A DNA stretch of 64,000 nt, taken from the NCBI GenBank assembly GCA_030141605.1, contig JAQGDQ010002367.1:989065-1053064 (forward strand), written 5' to 3'. The notes under the pieces are model-generated. The model was not told the origin of the DNA. It saw only the letters and a list, made by a program, of their open reading frames with translations, and ran no database searches. This DNA is from Tubiluchus corallicola. Lineage: Eukaryota > Animalia > Priapulida. Shown here piece after piece: positions 49,538 through 63,900 of this stretch; within the stretch, counting starts at the first letter, position 1; the number at the start of each line of letters is the position of its first letter. The position numbers and the translations under genes were made by a program.

Positions 49538-52500
49538 TTTTACACGAAAGTTACATAGTGTCCATTTTTAGTAGTGCTGCCATCAGACGGCGGACGCCCA
49601 CCGCAGTACGTACTACGTAGTAACATAAATATCTATGGTTGTATCACGGGAACTTAACAATAATAACGAAACTCGCATATTCTATTAAAATGTTCAATAT
49701 AATTTTTGTTGCAAATTCCCGATAGCTGTCTTCATATTAATAATATTCAACATTGAAAGAGAGAGCTGTGGCATATTGAGTCTCGTAAATAACCCCCTTG
49801 CGCCTCTTCCCTTTATAAGGGTGGTTGACTCGGTGTTCCTTGGTTTTTTCATCACTCAGACTCCCCTTGTGCATATTATTATTTTTTACTGGTTTTTGCA
49901 GTGAAAAAGATTAATAAATAAATAAATATTCTATTCTGTTTTATTGTACTCTCTACTATTGTATTCTCTTGCAAAAGTTTAAACTTTATAGAAAAAAACC
50001 TGAGTTTCTGTTATTCAGAAATCAATTAGATAAAAATTCATTATCTTAGAGGATCTAAATCAGTTTTAAATAAGCAATGGACATCTTGGCAGTGGGCACG
50101 CTGACAGTACACATGCTGAGTGCACAGCTGGGCAGTGGCATAAGCGCTGTAATCAGCAAAACGATCTTACAAAGGATGTCAACTGTCCTACCATAATATT
50201 GTACTGAAAACCCCTTTCACGCAAAATGTAAGTTTCTGTGCAAGCCAAGTTATCATCTGGCCTGTATAAAAGCGGTCACATCTGCTCTTTTGCTGGTCCA
50301 GTTAGTGTAATCCACGATGGTGCAAACCCTATTTCATCATTATTTTTGAATCAGCTTCATGTAATTTGCTAACAAAGGTATCATTTTTCTTACACATTCT
50401 GTTGTTTCGTGAATGGATGTTACAAGAGTTATAGACTGTTTGGCCTCCGCATCTGCTGGTACTGAACCAACCTGGATAGTTTTAGCCTATGTGGGCGAGG
50501 TACCAGTTCAATATCTATCTATATACCTAACTACCTACCTGCTGCCTACCTACTGTGGCTGTCTACCTACCTATGTGTCTTGACTGATTTCCCATTCTCC
50601 TACCCTACTAGTCTAGCAGCTACGGCTTTTAACACATGTTCATTGCCAAAGTATCCATTTGTTTGTTTTATGCACTTTTACAAATGTTTTAGATTTAAAT
50701 TGATTGCAGTTTTTGCGGAGACTGCACTGATATAAGTTACTCTGAAAGGATGAGTATGGATACATGATTTTATTGCAAAATGTTTTAAATTATGCTGCAC
50801 TATGTGCATGTATTTATTGTGTAATGTGATTATGACAATCATGCTTTACAGAAATATAATCTTGTAGCTATTTGTATAGATAGTATTTGATAATAATAGT
50901 ATTTCACTAAGAAAGTTCGTAGTAAAACTAAAAAAAAATTAAACCTCAAGTTTTCAGATTTGAAATTTCTTTCAGATGCTTGAAATCAATGAAATTAATC
51001 TAGATTTATAAAATACTCTCTAATTTTTTGTCACAAAATCATTGTATTACATAATGGCAAAAATTGTCACATATTGATGGTTACATGATGACGTAAAATT
51101 CATTACATGATGCTACATGATAAGGTTTTTACATAATGAACCTGAACAGTGCCAGTATGAGTTAATTAACCTAGATCCATTTATATACAGCAGTACTGAC
51201 TGTAGATAAAGTATTAAAAAAGATGGTATTGCAATTTTTTAAAAATTGGGGCGCATGAAAGTTATTTCAGTCCTGCATTGAGACTCTCGGCCGTAGTTGA
51301 CTGATAAAATGGCCAGGGTCTGGCAGCACCAGGCACAGTGAGTCAGCGACACTACAGTGCAGCAGCTGCTTAGATACGATTCTAGCATGTGTGTACTGTT
51401 TAGCAGAAAACGAAAAAATTATAATTTTTGCTTAAATTATATGAACATATCTTGTGTTCTTAACTGTCGGAACATTATAGCCAGGTGAGTGTCCACATTA
51501 TCGTATTGGCTTCACAACACCACAAAATATACAGTTTTGTTTCTGAAATACAGTTAATTTATAAATTGTGCGTAATTGGTGGCCCTATTAAAAGTCGTTA
51601 ATGTAGGGCGCGGAATACGGCACTAGCTGAAGTAGGACACTTCCGCTAAAGCGCGTGTGCTAAATTTGCGGAAAAGCAGTGTCGTACATGGGCAGCCCAA
51701 ATAGGGCACTGGGGATTTCTGTCGAAAATCAAGAATTATGATATAATAAAACATAATACTAAATTTATTTTACAAAAAAGTGAATTTATAATAATAACGG
51801 ATAGTCCTTGACAACTTACAAATGTATTTTTTTACAATAATATCATCATTATAATATTAGCTCCATTAGTATCATTGTAAAATTAAACTAAGTATCTAAT
51901 GCTCTAAAGAGAGAAACTATGCTGGTCACATTGCTCGCTACTCCATCTACTTAGTAAAAAACAATTATTTGTCCAAGAGGTAGTGAAACGGATCATGTGT
52001 CTGTGAAGCGAGACAAAATAAAAAATGATATACATTAAGCAGATGTCGGAATCATCTGAAAAGCGGGCTTATTTTAATTCAAAAAGATTAATATCGAAGC
52101 CAAATTTAATATTGGCTGTTCTACTAGCTCAGAATTAGATTAGATGTGCAGCTGGCCTGTTAGTATTATGGTCATGCAGGTCTATTGAGAAAATGGGACA
52201 GCTGGTGCGCATGGACTATAAGGCTGACTTACCTAAGATCTGTTATACACCCATGATCGCAAAACCCAAAAATTCGTAGATTGAAATATTTTTCCTTGAT
52301 AATTTTCATAGCAATGGCATAACCAACAGCATTTTCCTATAGTATTATAACTGCATGTTCTAAATATCCATCCCTAGTTTATCACAAGCGGCAAGACAGT
52401 TTTCTCCAATGGGAGGCACCTAATGGTAAGAATTTCAATCCGCGGAGGAATGGAAAAGAATGCACATTGTGCATTTATGTGAGCTACCAAATAACATATT

Positions 52501-54972
52501 TTAATTTATATGAAATAACATAGCTTACTCAAATTATGGCCTTATCATTCAAGCCAAAGTTCGGAATAGAAATTGAAGCTCATAGCATTCAGGCCAAAGC
52601 AGAAATAAAAACAGAAGCTCAATGGAGATTTTGAATTGCTACGCATTTGTTTTTACTCTCTTTTTTGTTAGTATTTAACAAAGCATTTGTCAACAACTTA
52701 TTTAAACATTACAACAAATGCAAGTTTCATGACCGATTCATTCAAATAATAATTTCTCTTTTCATTTTATTGCAATTAAAAATAAATTTGTCTTCATGAA
52801 TTGAAATTTGCTTCAATTATCACTCACACTATTGTAAGTTTATTAGATGATGATTTAAAATGGCAGATGAAATATGGAAACCAGGTATTGCAAGGACGTG
52901 TGATTTCCATTGACTTTTCTAATAAGTTGCATATAATATTTTTTTTAGTTTTTACATCTAAAGTTGTGTGTAAACAAGGAACTTGGTTTTGAAAAACATT
53001 TCGTCATCTTGTCCTAGAAATTGTCTTTGAAATATGGAGCATAAAAGCACAAACAGAAATAAATGCATTGTGTTTTTACTTTTATTTTGCCTTTTTGTTT
53101 TTTCTCTTGACAAATCAATAATATTCATGTAATCTAAGCTTAAACATTTGTTGTTTGCTGAGTTGTTTGTTGCTGGATAAATAAAATTTGAAATGCACAA
53201 TTTCAATAGCGCTAAATATTTTTGGTAATGGTAGCATCATCTCTAGTGAAATAAACACAGTCTAACTGAACTGTTGTCTTTATGTCCTCTTTCGTAAGCA
53301 TCCCACTATATAAAAAATTTTGTTACGTTTTTATTAAAATAATCGACCTTTTCACTGCATACTAGCAGTCATCTTCAGAAAAAAATATATAGTTCATTTA
53401 GTATGAAATGGATATTGTTCTTGCTATATAAAATTTAAAAATTTAACATTATGTCTTTATTTTAAGTAATTTATAGTGTCATTTTATATGTATTAAGAAA
53501 GTGACTGGTTTTACTATAGGAACAGATTTCTCAAAATTTAATATATTGTTGGCAAAGAGATCCAGGGTTCAAATCTGGATCAATCAAACCATATTGCAGA
53601 TGTTGTTGTTGTTGAGAAATCGACTGAGAAGTGTAAAAAGTTAAAACGTAAAGTTTAAGTGAGAACTAGCCAGAATATTTCCCGCATTCCTCATGCTGAT
53701 TATAACTAGGGAACAGGTGCTTAGGTGGTAAATGCACCTGTCCATCTGCCAAATGAACCTGGATTTAATGAGTGTACTATCAAATGTCAATAGTTTAGAT
53801 ATTTTTTCTGTTAAGAAATTTATCTTACTTGTTTACATGAAACATCATATTTATAATTTAATAAAATTTGTAATTTAAAGCAAGAGAATATGGTATATTC
53901 TAGTGCAACTAAGGAGCAATTTATATTGGATGAAAGGTATTCATGACATCTGGGTCTAAACAGTAAACAAATGAAAATTTTTGATATCTATTACCCATCA
54001 TTTAGTTTCTACATATAATATAAGTATTGTGTGAAATCTCTGCACTACCGGTGGCTATTTTGTATGTATACATACATGTAAATAGTGTTATTGCTTATTT
54101 AACTTAACTAACTATTAAGTAAATGGATGTGTAGAAATTACAAATAGAGACATTATATATAACAGCTGAGTGGTCACAGTGTTTGGGAATTAAGCAATCA
54201 ATGTCAGCAAAAGCCTGGCCAGGTTGATAAATAGACAGTAGCCACCAAAATCGCTTCTGAGTTCATTTGCAAACTCCCCCTAAGGAAGATTTATATGGTT
54301 AAATGTGGTTAAAACCCTAAATCAGTTTAGTTTAGCTGATTTTGATTCACATGTATTGCAGGTTATAAAGGCATCTGCTATGAAAAGAACATTGATGAAT
54401 GAGCTCCAAGTCCCTGTTTACATGGTGCAACATGTATGTTTCGATGTCACACTTTCCTGTAATTGCACATGTATGTATTTCAGGTTATGCAAATCCTGGA
54501 TATGTGACCACCGGAAAATTACTTTGGTGTTTGTTTGTAATACTGCCTCCAGGCATAGAGGGAAGATTATTTATGCCAAAATGTGGTTAAGACATTTGGG
54601 TACCACTGCTGATTCAGCACATGTCATCTTAGAAGATTATTGGGACAATAAGCTAAATTAAGGGCAATCCAGTCATGCAATATCCATGAAAATAAGTTAA
54701 GCAATAGTAAGTGCTGAACACTGACATGCAACCTGTCAAATTGTTTAGAAAACGAAAAATATATTAACAATCTTTTTGCCTGAACTGTTTTCATGAATTT
54801 ACTATTTCATTACATTTCAGTCATTATTTTGTAGAATCATTAACAGTTACTGAGTGCTTAAACGTATAATGCTTCCAATGCCAGCTTACCATAGAAGAAG
54901 GAAAAGAAGAATTTTTGTAAATGACTTGTATGTAAAGATGCTACATTATTATGATAAACAAGTTATTTTGCA

Positions 54973-57900
54973 ATGTTAAGTCAACATAAATACTTTGGAT
55001 TACTGTTTAACTTACTTTTGTGCTACTCTCCAGTAAATGTAATATATGCATTATCGTGGCCATATTATCCTCTTCAGAAAATGTGCTCGACAGTATTTAA
55101 AAATAATAAATCCGATAATATTCTGACAACAGAATTAGGTGCAACAGTCATATCTTCACCCCCTGGCAATTACGAAAATGTACCTGCTCATAACTGTTTT
55201 AATTACATCAGATTTTCATACCCTAATGATACAGGACCAAAGTATAACCTTTACCTGCTTCGATTTATAAAGTTAGATCTTGCCTGCCCTAATGAATATA
55301 TTGAGATAGGACATGGTGATCCAGTTGTGTGGGATGAACAGGTTTGTGAGCATTATGGAACACCTTTTACGAGGTATGTAACAAAGGACAAAGCGGTTGG
55401 CTATATTCACACAAGATTTCAGACAGATGGTGTACACACCAGCCATACAGGATTTGAATTTTGGGTCACTTCTGTACCATCTGTAAGAGGGGATCCATGT
55501 ATCAATAACATGTGCCAAAATGGTACATGCGGGACAAATCCAAACAATTTTTTAGGCGTCTATTTGTGCCAGTGTGAACTGGGTTTTACAGGCTTCTATT
55601 GTGAAACAGATTTCAATGAGTGTGTATGGGAACCATGTTTACATAATGGAACATGTACCAACATTCCTGGTTCATTTATATGTGCCTGTCTAGCAGGTGT
55701 CACTGGACAGTGGTGCGAAACAGATTCACTCGATGAGTGTAATTCAAATCCTTGCCTTCATGGGGATTGTACTAATGGGTTTGGTTACTATGCTTGTACT
55801 TGTTTTTCTGGTTACGAGGGAACTAGGTGCCAAACAAACACAGATGAGTGTGCTTCAAGTCCATGTTTAAGTGGTGCAACATGCTTAGATGATGTAAACT
55901 CATATAACTGCATATGTGTGACAGGTTATACAGGTATCAACTGTGAAACGAACATTGATGAATGTGCCTCAAGTCCATGCCTAAATGGTGCAACATGCTT
56001 AGATGATGTAAATTCATATAACTGCACATGTGTGGCCGGTTATACAGGCATCAACTGTGAAACGAACATTGATGAATGTGCCTCAAGTCCATGTTTAAAT
56101 GGTGCAACATGCTTAGATGATGTAAACTCATATAACTGCACATGTTTGGCTGGTTATTCAGGTGTCAACTGTGAAATAAATGTAGATGAATGTGCTTCAA
56201 GTCAGTGCTTAAATGGTGCAACATGCTTAGATGATGTAAACTCATATAACTGCACATGTATGGCTGGCTATACAGGTTTCAACTGCGAAATAAACATTGA
56301 TGAATGTGCCTCAAGTCCATGCTTAAATGGTGCAACATGCTTAGATGATGTAAACTCATATAACTGCACATGTATGGCTGGCTATACAGGTTTCAACTGC
56401 GAAATAAACATTGATGAATGTGCCTCCAGTCCATGCTTAAATGGTGCAACATGCTTAGATAATGTTAACTCATATAACTGCACATGTGTGACAGGTTATA
56501 CAAGCATCAACTGTGAAATAAATGTGGATGAATGTGCCTCAAGTCCATGCTTAAATAGTGCAACATGCTTAGATGGTGTAAACTCATATAACTGCACATG
56601 CATGGCCGGTTATACAGGCATCAACTGTGAAATAAATGTAGATGAATGTGCCTCAAGTCCGTGCTTAAATGGTGCAACATGCTTAGATGATGTAAACTCA
56701 TATAACTGCTCATGTTTGGCTGGTTATTCAGGTGTCAACTGTGAATTAAATGTAGACGAATGTGCCTCAAGTCCGTGCTTAAATGGTGCAACATGCTTAG
56801 ATGATGTAAACTCATATAACTGCACATGTATGGCTGGCTATACAGGTTTCAACTGCGAAATAAACATTGATGAATGTGCCTCAAGTCCATGCTTAAATGG
56901 TGCAACATGCTTAGATGATGTAAACTCATATAACTGCACATGTGTGACAGGTTATACAAGCATCAACTGTGAAATAAATGTGGATGAATGTGCCTCAAGT
57001 CCATGCTTAAATAGTGCAACATGCTTAGATGATGTAAACTCATATAACTGCACATGTGTGGCCGGTTATACAGGCATCAACTGTGAATAAATGTAGATGA
57101 ATGTGTAAGTCCATGCTTAAATGATGCAACATGCTTAGATGATGTAAACTCATATAACTGCACATGTGGCAGGTTATACAGGCATCAACTGTGAAATAAA
57201 CATTGACGGAATGTGCCTAAGTCCATGTTTAAATGATGCAACATGCTTAGATGATGTAAACTCATATAACTGCACATGTGTGGCTGGTTATACAGGTATC
57301 AACTGTGAAATAAACATTGATGAATGTGCCTCAAGTCCATGCTTAAATGGTGCAACATGCTTAGATGATGTAAACTCATATAACTGCACATGTTTGGCTG
57401 GTTATTCAGGTGTCAACTGTGAAATAAATGTAGATGAATGTGCCTCAAGTCCGTGCTTAAATGGTGCAACATGCTTAGATGATGTAAACTCATATAACTG
57501 CACATGTGTGGCAGGTTATACAGGCATCAACTGTGAAATAAACATTGATGAATGTGCCTCAGGTCCATGCTTAAATGGTGCAACATGCTTAGATGATGTA
57601 AACTCATATAACTGCGCATGTGTGGCAGGTTATACAGGCATCAACTGTGAAATAAATGTAGATGAATGCGCCTCAAGTCCATGCTTAAATGGTGCAACAT
57701 GCTTAGATGATGTAAACTCATATAACTGCACATGTGTGACAGGTTATACAGGCATCAACTGTGAAATAAACATTGACGAATGTGCCTCAAGTCCATGCTT
57801 AAATAGTGCAACGTGCTTAGATGATGTAAACTCATATAACTGCACATGTGTGGCTGGTTATACAGGCATCAACTGTGAAATAAACATTGACGAATGTGCC

Positions 57901-60900
57901 TCAAGTCCATGCTTAAATGGTGCAACATGCTTAGATGATGTAAACTCATATAACTGCACATGCGTGGCCGGTTATACAGGCATCAACTGTGAAATAAATG
58001 TAGATGAATGTGCCTCAAGTCCGTGCTTAAATGATGCAACATGCTTAGATGATGTAAACTTATATAGCTGCACATGTGTGGCAGGTTATACAGGCATCAA
58101 CTGTGAAATAAACATTGACGAATGTGCCTCAAGTCCATGTTTAAATGATGCAACATGCTTAGATGATGTAAACTCATATAACTGCACATGTTTGGCTGGT
58201 TATTCAGGTGTCAACTGTGAAATAAATGTAGATGAATGTGCCTCAAGTCCGTGCTTAAATGGTGCAACATGCTTAGATGATGTAAACTCATATAACTGCA
58301 CATGTGTGGCTGGTTATTCAGGTGTCAGCTGTGAAATAAATGTAGATGAATGTGCCTCAAGTCAGTGCTTAAATGGTGCAACATGCTTAGATGATGTAAA
58401 CTCATATAACTGCACATGTTTGGCTGGTTATTCAGGTGTCAACTGTGAAATAAATGTAGATGAATGTGCCTCAAGTCCGTGCTTAAATGGTGCAACATGC
58501 TTAGATGATGTAAACTCATATAACTGCACATGCATGGCCGGTTATACAGGCATCAACTGTGAAATAAATGTAGATGAATGTGCCTCAAGTCCATGCTTAA
58601 ATGGTGCAACATGCTTAGATGATGTAAACTCATATAACTGCACATGTGTGGCAGGTTATACAGGCATCAACTGTGAAACAAACATTGATGAATGTGCCTC
58701 AAGTCCATGCTTAAATGGTGCAACATGCTTAGATGATGTAAACTCATATAACTGCACATGTGTGGCAGGTTATACAGGCATCAACTGTGAAACAAACATT
58801 GACGAATGTGCCTCAAGTCCATGCTTAAATGGTGCAACATGCTTAGATGATGTAAACTCATATAACTGCACATGCGTGGCCGGTTATACAGGCATCAACT
58901 GTGAAATAAATGTAGATGAATGTGCCTCAAGTCCGTGCTTAAATGATGCAACGTGCTTAGATAATGTAAACTTATATAGCTGCACATGTGTGGCAGGTTA
59001 TACAGGCATCAACTGTGAAATAAACATTGACGAATGTGCCTCAAGTCCATGTTTAAATGATGCAACATGCTTAGATGATGTAAACTCATATAACTGCACA
59101 TGTGTGGCTGGTTATACAGGCATCAACTGTGAAATAAATGTGGATGAATGTGCCTCAAGTCCATGCTTAAATAGTGCAACATGCTTAGATGGTGTAAACT
59201 CATATAACTGCACATGTGTGGCTGGGTATACAGGCATCAACTGTGAAACAAACATTGACGAATGTGCCTCAAGTCCATGCTTAAATGGTGCAACATGCTT
59301 AGATGATGTAAACTCATATAACTGCACATGTGTGGCAGGTTATACAGGCATCAACTGTGAAATAAACATTGATGAATGTGCCTCAAGTCCATGCTTAAAT
59401 GGTGCAACATGCTTAGATGGTGTAAACTCATATAATTGCACATGTGTGACAGGTTATACAGGCATCAACTGCGAAACAAACATTGAAGAATGTGCCTCAA
59501 GTCCATGCTTAAATGGTGCAACATGCTTAGATGATGTAAACTCATATAACTGCACATGTTTGGCTGGTTATTCAGGTGTCAACTGTGAAATAAATGTAGA
59601 TGAATGTGCCTCAAGTCCGTGCTTAAATGGTGCAACATGCTTAGATGATGTAAACTCATATAACTGCACATGTATGGCTGGCTATACAGGTTTCAACTGC
59701 GAAATAAACATTGATGAATGTGCCTCAAGTCCATGCTTAAATGGTGCAACATGCTTAGATGATGTAAACTCATATAACTGCACATGTGTGGCTGGTTATT
59801 CAGGTGTCAGCTGTGAAATAAATGTAGATGAATGTGCCTCAAGTCCATGCTTAAATGGTGCAACATGCTTAGATGATGTAAACTCATATAACTGCACATG
59901 TGTGGCAGGTTATACAGGCAACAACTGTGAAATAAACATTGATGAATGTGCCTCAAGTCCATGCTTAAATGGTGCAACATGCTTAGATGATGTAAACTCA
60001 TATAACTGCACATGTGTGGCTGGTTATTCAGGTGTCAACTGTGAAATAAATGTAGATGAATGTGCCTCAAGTCCGTGCTTAAATGGTGCAACATGCTTAG
60101 ATGATGTAAACTCATATAACTGCACATGTGTGGCTGGTTATTCAGGTGTCAACTGTGAAATAAATGTAGATGAATGTGCCTCAAGTCCGTGCTTAAATGG
60201 TGCAACATGCTTAGATGATGTAAACTCATATAACTGCACATGTATGGCTGGCTATACAGGTTTCAACTGCGAAATAAACATTGATGAATGTGCCTCAAGT
60301 CCATGCTTAAATGGTGCAACTTGCTTAGATGACATAAACTCATATAACTGCACATGTTTGGCTGGTTATTCAGGTGTCAACTGTGAAATAAATGTAGATG
60401 AATGTGCCTCAAGTCCATGCTTAAATGGTGCAACATGCTTAGATGATGTACATTCATATAACTGCACATGTGTGGCTGGTTATTCAGGTGCCAACTGTGA
60501 AATAAATATAGATGAATGTGCCTCAAGTCCATGCTTAAATGGTGCAACATGCTTAGATGATGTAAACTCATATAACTGCACATGTGTGGCAGGTTATACA
60601 GGCAACAACTGTGAAATAAACATTGATGAATGTGCCTCAAGTCCATGCTTAAATGGTGCAACATGCTTAGATGATGTTAACTCATATAACTGCACATGTG
60701 TGACAGGTTATACAAGCATCAACTGTGAAATAAATGTGGATGAATGTGCCTCAAGTCCATGCTTAAATAGTGCAACATGCTTAGATGATGTAAACTCATA
60801 TAACTGCACATGCGTGGCCGGTTATACAGGCATCAACTGTGAAATAAATGTAGATGAATGTGCCTCAAGTCCATGCTTAAATGATGCAACGTGCTTAGAT

Positions 60901-63900
60901 AATGTAAACTTATATAACTGCACATGTGTGGCAGGTTATACAGGCATCAACTGTGAAATAAACATTGACGAATGTGCCTCAAGTCCATGTTTAAATGATG
61001 CAACATGCTTAGATGATGTAAACTCATATAACTGCACATGTGTGGCTGGTTATTCAGGTGTCAACTGTGAATTAAATGTAGATGAATGTGCCTCAAGTCC
61101 GTGCTTAAATGGTGCAACATGCTTAGATGATGTAAACTCATATAACTGCACATGCATGGCTGGCTATTCAGGTTTCAACTGTGAAATAAATGTAGATGAG
61201 TGTGTCTCAAGTCCATGCTTAAATGGTGCAACATGCTTAGATGATGTAAACTCATATAATTGCACATGTGTGACAGGTTATACAGGCATCAACTGTGAAA
61301 CAAACATTGATGAATGTGCCTCAAGTCCGTGCCTAAATGGTGCAACATGCTTAGATGATGTAAATTCATATAACTGCACATGTGTGGCCGGTTATACAGG
61401 CATCAACTGTGAAATAAATGTAGATGAATGCGCCTCAAGTCCATGCTTAAATGATGCAACGTGCTTAGATAATGTAAACTTATATAGCTGCACATGTGTG
61501 GCAGGTTATACTGGCATCATCTGTGAAATAAACATTGACGAATGTGCCTCAAGTCCATGTTTAAATGGTGCAACATGCTTAGATGATGTAAACTCATATA
61601 ACTGCACATGTTTGGCTGGTTATTCAGGTGTCAACTGTGAAATAAATGTAGATGAATGTGCCTCAAGTCTGTGCTTAAATGGTGCAACATGCTTAGATGA
61701 TGTAAACTCATATAACTGCACATGTATGGCTGGCTATACAGGTTTCAACTGCGAAATAAACATTGATGAATGTGCCTCAAGTCCATGCTTAAATGGTGCA
61801 ACATGCTTAGATGATGTAAACTCATATAACTGCACATGTGTGGCAGGTTATACAGGCATCAACTGTGAAATAAACATTGATGAATGTGCCTCAAGTCCAT
61901 GTTTAAATGATGCAACATGCTTAGATGATGTAAACTCATATAACTGCACATGTGTGGCTGGTTATACAGGCATCAACTGTGAAACAAACATTGACGAATG
62001 TGCCTCAAGTCCATGCTTAAATGGTGCAACATGCTTAGATGATGTAAACTCATATAACTGCACATGTTTGGCTGGTTATTCAGGTGTCAACTGTGAAATA
62101 AATGTAGATGAATGTGCCTCAAGTCCATGCTTAAATGGTGCAACATGCTTAGATGATGTAAACTCATATAACTGCACATGTGTGGCAGGTTATACAGGCA
62201 TCAACTGTGAAATAAACATTGATGAATGTGCCTCAAGTCCATGCTTAAATGGTGCAACATGCTTAGATGATGTAAACTCATATAACTGCACATGTGTGGC
62301 AGGTTATACAGGCAACAACTGTGAAATAAACATTGATGAATGTGCCTCAAGTCCATGCTTAAATGGTGCAACATGCTTAGATGATGTAAACTCATATAAC
62401 TGCACATGCATGGCCGGTTATACAGGCATCAACTGTGAAATAAATGTAGATGAATGTGCCTCAAGTCCATGTTTAAATGATGCAACATGCTTAGATGATG
62501 TAAACTCATATAACTGCACATGTGTGGCTGGTTATACAGGCATCAACTGTGAAACAAACATTGACGAATGTGCCTCAAGTCCATGCTTAAATGGTGCAAC
62601 ATGCTTAGATGATGTAAACTCATATAACTGCACTTGTTTGGCTGGTTATACAGGTTTCAACTGTGAAATAAATGTAGATGAATGTGCCTCAAGTCCGTGC
62701 TTAAATGGTGCAACATGCTTAGATGATGTAAACTCATATAACTGCACATGTGTGGCAGGTTATACAGGCATCAACTGTGAAATAAACATTGATGAATGTG
62801 CCTCAAGTCCATGCTTAAATGGTGCAACATGCTTAGATGATGTAAACTCATATAACTGCACATGTGTGGCTGGTTATACAGGCATCAACTGTGAAATAAA
62901 CATTGATGAATGTGCCTCAAGTCCATGCTTAAATGGTGCAACATGCTTAGATGATGTAAACTCATATAACTGCACATGTGTGGCTGGTTATACAGGCATC
63001 AACTGTGAAATAAGCATTGACGAATGTGCCACAAGTCCGTGCTTAAATGGTGCAACATGCTTAGATGATGTAAACTCATATAACTGCACATGTGTGGCTG
63101 GTTATACAGGCAACAACTGTGAAATAAACATTGATGAATGTGCCTCAAGTCCGTGCTTAAATGGTGCAACATGCTTAGATGATGTAAACTCATATAACTG
63201 CACATGTATGGCTGGCTATACAGGTTTGAACTGCGAAATAAACGTTGATGAATGTGCCTCAAGTCCATGCTTAAATGGTGCAACATGTTTAGATGATGTA
63301 GACTCATATAACTGCACATGTGTGGCTGGTTATTCAGGTGTCAACTGTGAATTAAATGTAGATGAATGTGCCTCAAGTCCGTGCTTAAATGGTGCAACAT
63401 GCTTAGATGATGTAAACTCATATAACTGCACATGTGTGGCAGGTTATACAGGCAACAACTGTGAAATAAACATTGATGAATGTGCCTCAAGTCCGTGCTT
63501 AAATGGTGCAACATGCTTAGATGATGTAAACTCATATAACTGCACATGTATGGCTGGCTATACAGGTTTGAACTGCGAAATAAACGTTGATGAATGTGCC
63601 TCAAGTCCATGCTTAAATGGTGCAACATGTTTAGATGATGTAGACTCATATAACTGCACATGTGTGGCTGGTTATTCAGGTGTCAACTGTGAATTAAATG
63701 TAGATGAATGTGCCTCAAGTCCGTGCTTAAATGGTGCAACATGCTTAGATGATGTAAACTCATATAACTGCACATGCATGGCCGGTTATACAGGCATCAA
63801 CTGTGAAATAAATGTAGATGAATGTGCCTCAAGTCCATGCTTAAATGATGCAACATGCTTAGATGATGTAAACTCATATAACTGCACATGTGTGGCAGGT

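Noticed and set aside
49641-49653. Possible RFX X-box (GTATCACGGGAAC) upstream of the polycystin gene
   Set aside because: Only the right half-site fits; the match is too degenerate.
53545-53770. tRNA-like A/B-box fragments (GGTTCAAATC); similar traces near 15570-15650
   Set aside because: No cloverleaf can be formed; at most decayed SINE remnants.
54305-54661. Cys-rich 118-aa ORF (SCNCTCMYFRLCK), possibly a SWIM/MULE transposase remnant or an upstream exon
   Set aside because: The similarity is too weak to call, and the EGF gene has its own ATG and signal peptide.
57101-57110. GTAAGT donor-like site created within the indel cluster
   Set aside because: It lies downstream of the in-frame TAA, so it cannot rescue the ORF; probably a by-product of the deletion.
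59112-63661. His/Met-rich minus-strand ORFs ([15 protein letters not shown]...)
   Set aside because: Antisense shadows of the EGF array; they appear only where repeat variants remove stop codons.
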